The position numbers and the translations under genes were made by a program. A stretch of 64,000 nt of DNA from an uncultured Acidobacteriaceae bacterium. Its GTDB lineage: Bacteria; Acidobacteriota; Terriglobia; Terriglobales; Acidobacteriaceae. Position 1 is the stretch's first letter. Every line of letters begins with the position of its first letter. The DNA lies in the NCBI GenBank assembly GCA_963851165.1, contig CAWKNM010000001.1:234443-298442 (forward strand), read 5' to 3'. Of the stretch, positions 7,857 to 17,898 are shown piece after piece. Below the pieces are notes generated by a model, which did not search any database, had not been told where the DNA came from, and was given only the letters and a program-made list of their open reading frames with translations.

Positions 7857-8558
7857 CTACGAAATCGTGACCCCGGGCTTCATCTCCAACACTTCAACGC
7901 CGGGAACCAGCTTCTGCAGCGCTGCCGGAGTTCCCGTGAGCACTGGAAAAGTTGCGAAGTGCATGGGAATTACTGTCTTAGCTTTAAGCAAATTGCAGGC
8001 GTAGGCAGCCTCGCGCGGCCCCATGGTGAAATGGTCGCCAATCGGCAGCATAGCAATATCGGGGGCATACAGTTCCCGAATGATCGCCATATCGCCGAAC
8101 ACATTGGTATCTCCAGCGTGGTAAATCTTAATGCCGTTGGAAAACTCCACGACATAGCCGCAGGCTTCGCCGCCGTAAACCATCTCGTCGCCGTCCTGAA
8201 TGCCGCAGGAGTGGTCGGCATGAACCATGGTGACCTTGATGTCACCAACCGTCTGCGTGCCGCCCTTGTTCATCATCGCCGTCTGCTTCACGCCTTTCTT
8301 CTCCAGCCAGCCGACCAACTCAGGGATGCCGACGACTTTGGGCACATGCTTCGTCGCGATCTCCACCGCGTCGCCAATGTGATCGCCGTGGCCATGCGTG
8401 ACCAGCATGACGTCAACTTTCTTGACGTTTTTCTCCGACGCCGGACACGCGGGATTGCCCATGATCCAGGGATCAATAATCACCGTCTTGCCGGCGGGAG
8501 TCTCGATTCGAAAAGTGGCGTGGCCCAGCCACGTCAGTTTGAGGCCTTTGAGGTTCAT
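7857..8558 (-). CDS. UPF0173-type metal-dependent hydrolase (MBL fold)
   Basis: LTWLGHATFRIETPAGKTVIIDPW, VTHGHGDHIGD (HxHxDH motif), 233 aa. Confidence 0.8.
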   Translation of the reverse strand: MNLKGLKLTWLGHATFRIETPAGKTVIIDPWIMGNPACPASEKNVKKVDVMLVTHGHGDHIGDAVEIATKHVPKVVGIPELVGWLEKKGVKQTAMMNKGGTQTVGDIKVTMVHADHSCGIQDGDEMVYGGEACGYVVEFSNGIKIYHAGDTNVFGDMAIIRELYAPDIAMLPIGDHFTMGPREAAYACNLLKAKTVIPMHFATFPVLTGTPAALQKLVPGVEVLEMKPGVTIS

Positions 8559-8694
8559 GAATGCAGCTCCTAGCTTTTAGCTTCTAGCTCCTAGCTAAGC
8601 AAATCAGACGACACGATTCGGGCAGTCCTCGGAGAGCACAAAAAAGTCTCAAATGCCCCGCGAGACTTGCCCACCTAGTTTAATATGAAACGCC

Positions 8695-9246
8695 ATGGCT
8701 GACCTCAAGGTGCTAATCACGCGGGATCAAATCACGAAGCGAGTCGCTGAGCTGGGCGCGGACATCACACGAGACTTCAAGGGCGAGTCCGTGATGCTGG
8801 TGGGCGTGCTGAAAGGCGCCGCGATTTTTCTGGCCGACCTTTCACGGCAGCTCGATCTGGATGCCACGTTCGATTTCATCGGCGTCTCCAGCTATGGAAA
8901 TCGTCCCAGCCCCACGCAGGAACTCAAGAGTGGATGGGATTCCACCGGCGAAGTAAAGCTAACCAAGGATGTTGACCAAACTTTAAAAGACAAAAACATC
9001 ATTGTCGTGGAGGACATCCTCGATACTGGGCTGACGCTCACCTACCTGAAGAAGATGCTGCTGGCGCGACAACCGCGGACGCTCAAGATCGCCGCCTTGC
9101 TTGACAAGCCGTCGCGACGCAAGCTTCCGTTGCAGGGCGATTACGTGGGCTTCAAGATTCCCGATGAGTTTGTGGTCGGCTACGGGCTGGATTATGCTGA
9201 ACGATACCGCAACCTGGCCGATATATGCGTGGTACCGCGGGAATAG
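8695..9246 (+). CDS. hpt: hypoxanthine phosphoribosyltransferase
   Basis: PRPP-binding motif IIVVEDILDTGLTL, C-terminal VGYGLDYAERYRNL, 183 aa. Confidence 0.9.
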   Translation: MADLKVLITRDQITKRVAELGADITRDFKGESVMLVGVLKGAAIFLADLSRQLDLDATFDFIGVSSYGNRPSPTQELKSGWDSTGEVKLTKDVDQTLKDKNIIVVEDILDTGLTLTYLKKMLLARQPRTLKIAALLDKPSRRKLPLQGDYVGFKIPDEFVVGYGLDYAERYRNLADICVVPRE

Positions 9247-9360
9247 AGTCAGGCAAAGAAATCCACACAGCGTCAACGCCCGCGTGCACAAGCCAGAAGA
9301 ATTCCAGAATGCACCGGCGTTTTTTCTGTCTCGCGAAATCCGGCTGCTATCATTGAAACT

Positions 9361-11136
9361 ATGGGATCTGTTCTTTCCAAACCGACGCAGCATCTGCAAA
9401 TCGAGCCACTTCTGCTCGAAGTTGCGGACGTGCTCGCGACTTCGCTTGACCTGGACACGACTCTGCGGCGGATCGCCGAGGTGGTGCGCAAGGTCATCGA
9501 CTACGAAATCTTTGCGATTCTGTTGCTTAATGAAAAAACACAAGAACTGAAAATTCGCTTCCAGGTGGGATATCCGCCAGAATTCGCCGAGCGGACACGG
9601 CTGAAAGTCGGCGAGGGCGTCACCGGAAGAGCCGCGCAACTGCGCAAGGCAGTGCTCGTCGACGACGTGACCGCGGATCCGAAATACATTGCCGGAGTTC
9701 CTAACGTGCGGGCAGAGCTGGCGGTGCCGCTGCTCACTAAGAACCGCGTGATCGGTGTGATTGACCTGGAAGCGCGCGAGCCCGGCTATTTTACCGAGGA
9801 GCACAGCCGCCTGCTCACCTTGGTCGCATCGCGCATGGCCGCCGGCATTGAGAACGCACAGCTCTACACGCGCACGATCAAGCAGTCGCGTATTCTGCTG
9901 CTGCTGAACGAAATCGCCCGCGAACTCACGTCGATCCTGAATCTGGACGAACTGCTGGGCCGCATCGCAGAACTGATGCGCCGGCTCATTGATTACCAGA
10001 TGTTCAGCATTCTGCTGCTCGATGCGACCGGAGAAAAACTACAGCATCGCTTTTCGCTGCGCTTCAACGAAAATATTCAGCTCAAGCACGAAATTCCGCT
10101 GGGACGCGGCCTGGTGGGCTACGCGGCTGAGAGCAAACAAGCAGTGCTGGTTCCCGATGTAACCAAGGATCCCCGCTACGTCGAAGCCAATCCGGAGACA
10201 CGGTCGGAACTCGTGGTTCCCTTGATCTATAAGGACAAGGTGATCGGGGTTCTCGATCTGGAGCACACGCGGCGCGGTTTTTTTACCGACGATCACAAAC
10301 GCACTGTGACTACGCTGGCGGCGCAGATCGCCATCGCCATTGAAAACGCGCGGTTGTATGAGGAGGTCGCCCGTCAGGAGCGGCGACTAGAGCGCGACCT
10401 GGCTCTGGCTCGGGAATTGCAGATGCGGTTGCTGCCTCACGCCCGGCCCAAGCTCGGGCACCTCGACGTGGCCGCGAAGTTTGTTCCCGCGCGGGCGATT
10501 GGTGGCGACTTGTACGACTTCATTCCCTATTCCATGTCGCGGCTCGGGATTGTAATCGGCGACGTGAGCGGCAAGGGCGCGCCGGCGGCGATTTACGCCG
10601 CGTTGGTGAGTGGCATCCTGCGTTCGCACGCCCCCATCGAACCGATGCCGGCGGAGATGCTTTCTGCCGTGAACCTGTCTCTGGCCGAGCGACGCATCGA
10701 GGCCCAGTTCGTGTCGCTGATCTACGCCGTGTGGGATGACGAGAACCGCACGCTCACTGTAGCCAACTCCGGTTTGCCCCGGCCCATTTACGTCCACGGC
10801 GGAAAGAACGAAGTGATCGAGGCGACCGGCTTGCCTTTGGGACTGTTCGACGAAGCCGACTACGACGAATTCAAATTCCGCATGAAGCCGGGAGATATGT
10901 TTGTTTTCTTCAGCGACGGCATGCTGGATGCGCGCAACCGGAGCGGTGAGCTGTTTGGACGCCACCGCGTGGAGGAAATTGTTGCCAGCTGCGCTGCGAA
11001 GTCCGCGGACTGCGTCGTCGATTCCCTCTTCAAGGCCGTGGCTGAGCATTCCGCGGGCGTGGAAACCTTCGACGATCAGACTGTGGTGGCCATCAAGGTA
11101 CGCGACGGCGGACAGGGATCGCCGAAGAAGAAATGA
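9361..11136 (+). CDS. GAF-GAF-PP2C (SpoIIE/RsbU-type) serine phosphatase
   Basis: Two GAF-like repeats (each ...VGEGVTGRAA / ...LGRGLVGYAA ... SELVVPL...VIGVLDLE). The C-terminal PP2C part carries GGDLYDF, GDVSGKGAPAA, FFSDGMLDA, DDQTVVAIKV. Confidence 0.85.
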   Translation: MGSVLSKPTQHLQIEPLLLEVADVLATSLDLDTTLRRIAEVVRKVIDYEIFAILLLNEKTQELKIRFQVGYPPEFAERTRLKVGEGVTGRAAQLRKAVLVDDVTADPKYIAGVPNVRAELAVPLLTKNRVIGVIDLEAREPGYFTEEHSRLLTLVASRMAAGIENAQLYTRTIKQSRILLLLNEIARELTSILNLDELLGRIAELMRRLIDYQMFSILLLDATGEKLQHRFSLRFNENIQLKHEIPLGRGLVGYAAESKQAVLVPDVTKDPRYVEANPETRSELVVPLIYKDKVIGVLDLEHTRRGFFTDDHKRTVTTLAAQIAIAIENARLYEEVARQERRLERDLALARELQMRLLPHARPKLGHLDVAAKFVPARAIGGDLYDFIPYSMSRLGIVIGDVSGKGAPAAIYAALVSGILRSHAPIEPMPAEMLSAVNLSLAERRIEAQFVSLIYAVWDDENRTLTVANSGLPRPIYVHGGKNEVIEATGLPLGLFDEADYDEFKFRMKPGDMFVFFSDGMLDARNRSGELFGRHRVEEIVASCAAKSADCVVDSLFKAVAEHSAGVETFDDQTVVAIKVRDGGQGSPKKK

Positions 11137-12485
11137 TCGCGCGCAGAGAGACTGAACTCGCGCATGCCCCCGGTTTTGGCTACGAACAGAAAAGGGGAAT
11201 TCGTTCGCGCGAAGCTCCCGAACTGACCCTGCGCTGTGACGAAGTTGACCTTTCAGAGCTCGCGAAGCGCTACGGCACGCCACTCTACGTCTATTCCGCA
11301 ACTGTGATTCGCGAGCGGCTGGCGGCTTTTCAAGCAGCGTTTCGCAGTGCGCCCCACACCATCTGTTATTCGGTCAAGGCCAACTCCAACCTCAACATCC
11401 TGCGTCTGCTCGCCAGAAGCGGCTGCGGTTTCGACGTGGTTTCCGGCGGAGAACTGGAACGCGTGTTGGCGGCAAACCGCGCATCGGCCAGCAAAGTGGT
11501 CTTCTCAGGTGTAGGAAAAACCCGTGACGAGATTGCCGCCGCCCTCAAGGCCAAGATTCTTTTATTCAACGTCGAGAGCGAATCAGAACTCCAGGTTCTC
11601 GCGGAATGTGCCGCACGATTGCGCAGCGTGGCCCGCGTTGCCCTCCGGGTGAACCCGGACGTGGCCGCCGATACGCATCCTTATATCTCAACCGGCCTGC
11701 ATGCTCACAAGTTCGGCGTCCCGATTCGTGAAGCCCGTCGACTCTACGCCAAGGTTGCCGAAGCGACGCATCTCAAGACAGCTGGAGTCAGCGTTCACAT
11801 CGGGTCGCAGATCACCGACGTCGCCCCGTTCGCCGAGACCATGACACGGGTCGCGGAACTGGTCCGCGAATTACGCGACGACGGCCATGCCATCGATTAT
11901 GTCGACGCCGGTGGAGGACTGGGAATTCCGTATCAGAAACCGGCCTCCGCCGACTCATCAGCCCAGGTTGATTTCGCGGAACAAGTTGCGGCCTACGCGC
12001 GTGCAATCATCGCTCCGTTACGCGGATTGAATGTGCACCTGCTGCTCGAACCCGGGCGCTCGATCGTGGGACCGGCCGGCGTGCTGATTACATCGGTGAT
12101 CTATCGCAAAGCAAACGGCGGCAAACGCTTCGTGATTGTCGATGCCGCCATGAACGATTTGATCCGTCCCGCGCTCTATGGCGCCTACCATGAGATCATT
12201 CCGCTTAAACGTCCGTCCGTTGCGGAAACCGAAGCACCTCGTGAAACCGTCGATGTCGTAGGCCCCGTCTGCGAAACCGGCGACTTCTTCGCCCGCGATC
12301 GCGCATTGCCCGCGGTGAAAGAAGGAGACCTGCTCGCGATTTTAGACGCCGGAGCCTACGGGATGGCGCTGGCTTCGAACTACAACACGCGCCCGCGTCC
12401 AGCAGAAATTCTGGTGTCGGGAAAATCCGCGAAGGTCATTCGCCGTCGAGAGAAAGTTGCAGACCTGCTAAAGACTGAACGCTGA
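11133..12485 (+). CDS. lysA: diaminopimelate decarboxylase
   Basis: GTPLYVYS, YSVKANSNLNIL (PLP Lys), HIGSQI, GGGLGIPY, VVGPVCETGD. The ATG overlaps the stop of the upstream gene (ATGA). Confidence 0.9.
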   Translation: MIARRETELAHAPGFGYEQKRGIRSREAPELTLRCDEVDLSELAKRYGTPLYVYSATVIRERLAAFQAAFRSAPHTICYSVKANSNLNILRLLARSGCGFDVVSGGELERVLAANRASASKVVFSGVGKTRDEIAAALKAKILLFNVESESELQVLAECAARLRSVARVALRVNPDVAADTHPYISTGLHAHKFGVPIREARRLYAKVAEATHLKTAGVSVHIGSQITDVAPFAETMTRVAELVRELRDDGHAIDYVDAGGGLGIPYQKPASADSSAQVDFAEQVAAYARAIIAPLRGLNVHLLLEPGRSIVGPAGVLITSVIYRKANGGKRFVIVDAAMNDLIRPALYGAYHEIIPLKRPSVAETEAPRETVDVVGPVCETGDFFARDRALPAVKEGDLLAILDAGAYGMALASNYNTRPRPAEILVSGKSAKVIRRREKVADLLKTER

Positions 12486-12531
12486 TCCTGGTTAAGAAAG
12501 GGCGCAGCCTTCAATCCCGAGTAACACCTCC

Positions 12532-13407
12532 CTAGCGCTCTCCCCATTTCAGCTTAGTCCGCAGCACATGAAAAAAATCCGTATCCGTATGGAATAGGCT
12601 GACTTTGTGTTCGGATCGGCTGCAGCGGACGCGGTCGCCATCGCGCAAGTCGAGCCCCGGCTGGCCATCGAGGCTGAGATACGCGAGTTCTTCATCGCTG
12701 CGTAGCACCAGTTCGATCTCCACCGAATCCGGCACCACCAGCGGGCGGTGCGTCAGCGAATGCGGGGACACCGGCGTAATCACAAACGCATTCACCGTCG
12801 GCATCAACACTGGGCCGCCCGCGGAAAGTGAATACGCTGTGGAGCCAGTCGGAGTCGCCACGATCATGCCGTCCGCACGGTAGCTGGAGACAAACACCTT
12901 GTCGATGTGGAGGTCGTAAGTGTTCAGCCGCGCCAATGCAGTCTTGTTCAACACCGCATCGTTGAAAACCAGATAAGTGCCGCGCACCTGGTCTCCGCGA
13001 AGCAATTCGCACTGCATCAGCGAACGCTGTTCAACAGCGGCGCGTCCCTCTCCGATCGCCTCGAGCATGGGATACATCGAAGCCAGCGGAACCTCCGTGA
13101 GAAACCCCAGCGATCCTAGATTGACGCCGAGCAGAGGAACATCCGCAGTAGCCGTAGCCCGCGCCGCAGACAACAACGTCCCATCTCCACCGAGCACGAC
13201 GACCAGGTTCAACGGCCGCTCGGACATCTGCGCACGCGAAACTATTTCCGGCCCCTTCGCGTACTGGGAGGTTTCCTCGTCGATCACTACTCGGTAATCG
13301 TGGCCTGAAAGCCACGCCAGAAGCCCAGGTACAACCTGTGCGACTTCGGGGCGATTGGGCCTGGAGATAATAGCTGCGATTTTGGATGATGGTTGCGAGC
13401 TGGCCAT
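12532..13407 (-). CDS. nadK: NAD(+) kinase
   Basis: VVVLGGDGTLLSAAR, NLGSLGFLTE, ATPTGSTAYSLSAGGP. Start moved to the internal ATG (MASSQPSS...) because the longer ORF begins in intergenic repeat-like sequence. Confidence 0.9.
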   Translation of the reverse strand: MASSQPSSKIAAIISRPNRPEVAQVVPGLLAWLSGHDYRVVIDEETSQYAKGPEIVSRAQMSERPLNLVVVLGGDGTLLSAARATATADVPLLGVNLGSLGFLTEVPLASMYPMLEAIGEGRAAVEQRSLMQCELLRGDQVRGTYLVFNDAVLNKTALARLNTYDLHIDKVFVSSYRADGMIVATPTGSTAYSLSAGGPVLMPTVNAFVITPVSPHSLTHRPLVVPDSVEIELVLRSDEELAYLSLDGQPGLDLRDGDRVRCSRSEHKVSLFHTDTDFFHVLRTKLKWGER

Positions 13408-13476
13408 GTCGAAAAGGGTGAAACAGGATTGTACAGAATCAGGGAGCGAAAGCTTCAATCCTCCCTAGTAACGAGC

Positions 13477-14274
13477 CTAGAAAGTTCCCCGCAGCAGAAA
13501 CTCACGATTCCCTTCCGCGCCCAAAATCGGAGACTCGATCACGTCCGTGCCGAAGCACCCGAGTCTTACTAGGCACTCTTTAACTCTCTCCACAGCGGCG
13601 GTCTGGGCAGCCTCGTCGCGCACGATCCCTCCTTTGCCCACGTGTTCCCTGCCCGCTTCAAACTGCGGTTTGACCAGGACAACGATCTGCCGTCCTTTGC
13701 GCTTTTCCGGATCTGGAAATGCCGCAGATACCACCGCCGGAAGAACCAGCGTCGCGGAAATAAACGACACATCCATCACTATGAGGTCGGCGGCTTCGCC
13801 CACGATCTCGCCAGTGACGATCTCTCGGGTAAGATCGCGGGTCAGATAACGCGCATTGGTCTTCTCCAGCAGGCGGACCCGTGGGTCCTGGCGAATCTTG
13901 AAGTCCATCTGGCCGTAGCCTGTATCGATCGCGATCACCTGGGCTGCGCCATGTTGCAGCAGGCAGTCAGTGAATCCGCCGGTCGAAGCGCCAATGTCAA
14001 AACAAACTTTCCCTTCCACCGGAATCTTCCAGTGTTCCAGAGCACGCTCCAGCTTCAGGCCGCCACGGCTGACGTATTTGAGATCCTCGCCCAGCAGACG
14101 AATCGACGCGTCCGAGGCGACTTGCGCGCCCGCCTTGTCGCTCTTCTGCTCGTCAACCAGAACGTTGCCGGCAAGAATCAGCGCCTGCGCGCGCTCGCGC
14201 GAGCCGGCCAGACCACGATCTACCAGAAGTTTGTCGAGTCTGAGTTTCACCGGAGGATGGCCGTCTTTCTTCAC
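13477..14274 (-). CDS. tlyA: TlyA family rRNA (cytidine-2'-O)-methyltransferase
   Basis: S4-like N-terminus RLDKLLVDRGLAGSRERAQALILAGNVLVD, then FDIGASTGGFTDCLLQHGA. The start is uncertain (GTG 14274 or ATG 14313). Confidence 0.85.
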   Translation of the reverse strand: MKKDGHPPVKLRLDKLLVDRGLAGSRERAQALILAGNVLVDEQKSDKAGAQVASDASIRLLGEDLKYVSRGGLKLERALEHWKIPVEGKVCFDIGASTGGFTDCLLQHGAAQVIAIDTGYGQMDFKIRQDPRVRLLEKTNARYLTRDLTREIVTGEIVGEAADLIVMDVSFISATLVLPAVVSAAFPDPEKRKGRQIVVLVKPQFEAGREHVGKGGIVRDEAAQTAAVERVKECLVRLGCFGTDVIESPILGAEGNREFLLRGTF

Positions 14275-14455
14275 ATTCCCGCCACGAGTCCGCCCGCACC
14301 CCGCACAGTGCAAAGTGCTGAAACATAACTCTGCGAAGCAGTTACAACGATAGCAGCTGGCTTTTCCTCAGACTTTTCCACGGAGATGTTGAAAATCTCT
14401 CCGCGATTCACGAAAAAGATGCATGAAAAAGAAGCACGAAGAATTCGCTGCATGC

Positions 14456-14481
14456 AAAAGCCGCCCACTGAGGGCGGCTGT
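14456..14481 (-). terminator. rho-independent terminator candidate after yebC
   Basis: Minus strand reads agCCGCCCtcagtGGGCGGcttttgc about 25 nt after the yebC stop. Confidence 0.6.
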
Positions 14482-14503
14482 GCAGATCGCTAATCGTCGC
14501 AAA

Positions 14504-15253
14504 TCAGCCGGCGACTTCTTCCAGCAGTTTCTGGTCGATGTCGAAGTTCGAATGAACGTTCTGCACATCGTCATGTTCTTCGAGAGCTTCCATCAACCGA
14601 ATCATGGTGTTGGCGGCAGCACCCTCCAGCTTGATGTAGGTCTGCGGAATAAAAGCCACGCTGGAAGAAACAGGCTCAATACCGGCTTTCTTCACGGCTT
14701 CAAGAACGCCTTCGAAAGCCGACGGCTCGGTCAGGATTTCCCAGTTCTCGCCGTCATCATTTAAGTCTTCGCCGCCGGCCTCGAGGACAATATTCATCAG
14801 GTCGTCCTCCTTGGCGGCCGTCTTCGCGATGATGATGTCGCCTTTCTTGTGAAACATCCAGGAAACCGCGCCAGCCTCGGCCATGTTGCCGCCATTTTTT
14901 CCAAAGGCGTGGCGAATTTCGCTGACGGTGCGATTGCGATTATCCGTATTGATGTCCAGCAGAACCGCGACGCCGCCAGGTCCATAGCCCTCGAGAGAAA
15001 ACTCTTCGTAGGTTGCGCCGGGCAGTTCGCCGGTGCCGCGCTGAATGGCCCGCTTGATGTTGTCGGCGGGCATGTTCTCCGCCTTGGCCGCAACAATGGC
15101 GCCGCGCAGTCGCGGGTTCGAATCCGGGTCGCCTCCGCCGTTCTTCGCGGCAATACTGATTTCCTTGATCAGACGGGTAAAAATCTTACCGCGCTTGGCA
15201 TCCAGCGCGCCCTTCTTGTGCTTGATTGTGGCCCACTTTGAATGGCCAGACAT
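14504..15253 (-). CDS. yebC: YebC/PmpR family DNA-binding transcriptional regulator
   Basis: MSGHSKWATIKHKKGALDAKRGKIFTRLIKEI... is the canonical N-terminus; 249 aa. Confidence 0.9.
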   Translation of the reverse strand: MSGHSKWATIKHKKGALDAKRGKIFTRLIKEISIAAKNGGGDPDSNPRLRGAIVAAKAENMPADNIKRAIQRGTGELPGATYEEFSLEGYGPGGVAVLLDINTDNRNRTVSEIRHAFGKNGGNMAEAGAVSWMFHKKGDIIIAKTAAKEDDLMNIVLEAGGEDLNDDGENWEILTEPSAFEGVLEAVKKAGIEPVSSSVAFIPQTYIKLEGAAANTMIRLMEALEEHDDVQNVHSNFDIDQKLLEEVAG

Positions 15254-15473
15254 GGCGAGACCTCGTGTTTAATGATCTGTAGTCGTTAATAATCCGTGCT
15301 TAATGAGTCCAAGAGTGGCGCAGGATTCGCCCGAAAAGATCACAGGATTACCTCGATATTCATGCAGGCGAACAGAGATTATAGCACGATGCCTGGGCTT
15401 GCCAGCATTGGTTTCGTGCCGCATGGGTTACTGTCCACTGATCACCGATTACTGACCCCTGACCTCTGCTTTT

Positions 15474-16169
15474 CTAACGCGGAGCCAGTGCCCCCACCAT
15501 GGATTGAAAAATCTTGACTCCATCGGTGCAGCCCAACTCCGGTTCCGCGGACCGTTCCGGATGCGGCATCATGCCCACCACATTGCCCCCGGCACTGCAG
15601 ATGCCCGCAATATTGTCTAACGATCCGTTGGGATTGGCCGCGGACGTGATTTCGCCGTCAGGGCTGGAGTATCGAAAGACAATGCGATTATCGCGGCGCA
15701 GTTCGTCCAGCGTGGCCGGATCGCAGAAATAGTTCCCTTCCATGTGTCCGATCGGAATGGTCAGCACCTCGCCTTTGCGGCAGGCGTTGGTGAAGGGCGT
15801 GTCCGCATTTTCCACTCGCACCTGCACCGGCTTGCACACGTATTTCAGTCCGACGTTGCGCAACAAAGCTCCGGGCAGAAGTCCCGCCTCGCAAAGGATC
15901 TGGAACCCGTTACAGATGCCCAGCACCAACCCGCCGCCATCCGCAAACTTTCGAACCGCATCCATCACCGGAGAAAACTTGGCGATCGCACCGGTGCGCA
16001 GATAATCGCCATAGGCGAATCCCCCGGGAACAATCACCGCATCACAGTTCTCCAGATCGTGCGACTCGTGCCACAGAAACGTCGCCGGCTCTTTGCAGAC
16101 ATGCCGAATCGTCCAATAGGCATCGTGATCGCAGTTGGAACCGGGAAAGATGATGACGCCAAATTTCAT
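15474..16169 (-). CDS. purQ: phosphoribosylformylglycinamidine synthase subunit PurQ (glutaminase)
   Basis: [25 protein letters not shown] (nucleophile Cys), MMPHPER. Confidence 0.92.
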   Translation of the reverse strand: MKFGVIIFPGSNCDHDAYWTIRHVCKEPATFLWHESHDLENCDAVIVPGGFAYGDYLRTGAIAKFSPVMDAVRKFADGGGLVLGICNGFQILCEAGLLPGALLRNVGLKYVCKPVQVRVENADTPFTNACRKGEVLTIPIGHMEGNYFCDPATLDELRRDNRIVFRYSSPDGEITSAANPNGSLDNIAGICSAGGNVVGMMPHPERSAEPELGCTDGVKIFQSMVGALAPR

Positions 16170-16233
16170 GCGCGCGCCTCACGGGTAGATTTTTTCTTAG
16201 TCTAGCACGCGCTCCTATTGCGGCTCGACCGGA

Positions 16234-17157
16234 TCAGCGAGCGGGAGCGTCCTGCCTAGGTTGTGTGGCAGCGCCTTGAGATGCGTTCGGTTGAACCGGC
16301 AAAGCCGGAATCGGGGTGCCCGGAGCCGAAGTCGTCGCGTCTCCAGCTGCCGCACCCTGTTCGGAAATCTTCTGTTGCGGAGGATAGCCCTTGGCCTGCA
16401 CGATGGCCCAATGCCATTCCTGGTCGGGACCAATCTCCACATTCAGCGGCGCCGCGAACACAGTCACTCCAAACGGAGGCGCAGCGGCCCTCATGCGGTA
16501 CAAAACAGCGGTGTCGGGACGCTTCCCGGAACGATCGTCCCCGCGATTGTCAGCGGGAAGGTCCGAGCGATTTCCCCGTTCCTGCAGAGGCTCAATGGCA
16601 GCCGCCGGAATCACCTTCGCCATGTCGTCTTTGCTGACGCGATCATGCAAAGACGCCTCCGGAAAGTCCGTGCGCTTCACCACCGTCAGAGCCACAGCCA
16701 CTTCGCTCACATGCCACTCCGTCCCGTTGAAAACCGAAACTTCCAGCGAGTCTCCGTGAATCGCCGCCGGACCGCTCAGTTTAAGCAATTGATCCGCAGG
16801 CAATTCCATTTGCACGTAAGAGCTCGCAAGCAACGACTTGACGTTGGCGCTGAAAGAAAGGCTGCAGGTAACATCCGGCGCCGAAACCTGGAAGGCCTTC
16901 CCCGGCCCATCGATCGAATACATCAAAGAATTTCGCGCAGGCCGCCGGCTGTCCACATCGTCCATCACTTTCGACAGATTGTCGTTGTCGATGATTTCCT
17001 GTTGTGACGGAGGAAACTGCTTCCGCAGATTACGGGCAACGTCGCCCAGCGGCGCGTCACCGTCGTCCATTTCCTGAGCGGCAAGCACGGCGGGCGTCAG
17101 CAGCGACACCCCAACCACGAGGCCAGCCAACATCCGATTTGTGCGAGTCCACAACAC
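16234..17157 (-). CDS. hypothetical secreted protein with Pro/Ala/Gln-rich C-terminal tail
   Basis: N-terminal signal-like MLAGLVVGVSLLTPAVLAAQ. No recognisable catalytic motif. Confidence 0.6.
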   Translation of the reverse strand: MLWTRTNRMLAGLVVGVSLLTPAVLAAQEMDDGDAPLGDVARNLRKQFPPSQQEIIDNDNLSKVMDDVDSRRPARNSLMYSIDGPGKAFQVSAPDVTCSLSFSANVKSLLASSYVQMELPADQLLKLSGPAAIHGDSLEVSVFNGTEWHVSEVAVALTVVKRTDFPEASLHDRVSKDDMAKVIPAAAIEPLQERGNRSDLPADNRGDDRSGKRPDTAVLYRMRAAAPPFGVTVFAAPLNVEIGPDQEWHWAIVQAKGYPPQQKISEQGAAAGDATTSAPGTPIPALPVQPNASQGAATQPRQDAPAR

Positions 17158-17898
17158 TGAAATTCGAAACCCTGCGATCGATGCTTGAACGGAGTCTGCA
17201 AGTCACTCCACCGCGAGGCAGCACACGCGGGCTTTAACATCGCGGAGGAGAACATCCATCCCAAGACACGGGATCATTCCCCGGCGAGAAAGCCCTTCAG
17301 TAAATTGTAGTAAGAAATAGAAACAGGCGGGACGTTGCAGAAAACCTTGGTAACCAGCCCTTGGTAACGAGCCGATTTCAGTCAGGAATCGTGGTGGGCG
17401 CGCTAGACGAAATGGAGGCGCAACGGGCGCGCGCCCAAACCACGACTGCCGATTACAAAACCCCGAAGTCTACAAAAGGCCCGACGACCGAAACCGCGAA
17501 ACCGGGTCCGCTACCGGCAATGCCGAACGCCGGAAGATCCAGCGCGCCACCGCAAATCCCACCGCCGCGTAGCACAAATGCATGATCCGCATACACACCC
17601 CCAAATCCAATCGCCTGATTCCGTGAGGGAGGAACATTACACTCTATCGGCACAATAGCAACGCATCGGCGGACGAACAAGGCACATCCGTGCCATCGAA
17701 ATAGCACGGAAGTAATAGGGGTAATGTCGATTCGGGCGTTGCGCTTGAAGCGCACAGGATATGGAAGGCCGTCTCACCTCCGGGGGTCGCGAAGGCGTAA
17801 AAGGGCACGATTTCAGCCAGCCATCGAGTGGCACAAGAATGCTGGCATTAGCCTCTGAGTCTCGCTCTTGTCCAACCACTGAGAGTTTTCGAGGCTCT

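Noticed and set aside
12507-13480. Shared TTCAATCC...CCCTAG motif at the 3' ends of nadK (12507-12535) and tlyA (13452-13480)
   Set aside because: It is short and permuted between the two sites and partly explained by the stop codons themselves. That is not enough to call a repeat family.
17453-17755. 100-aa minus-strand ORF in the 17.2-17.9 kb gap
   Set aside because: The N-terminal half has no protein-like character, the Gly-rich C-terminal half has no start or SD, and it competes with an overlapping short ORF. It is kept only as part of the finding on the gap.
17829-17845. Sigma-54 promoter (TGGCACaagaaTGCT)
   Set aside because: The GG-to-GC spacing is one nt short of the -24/-12 consensus, and no gene lies downstream on that strand.
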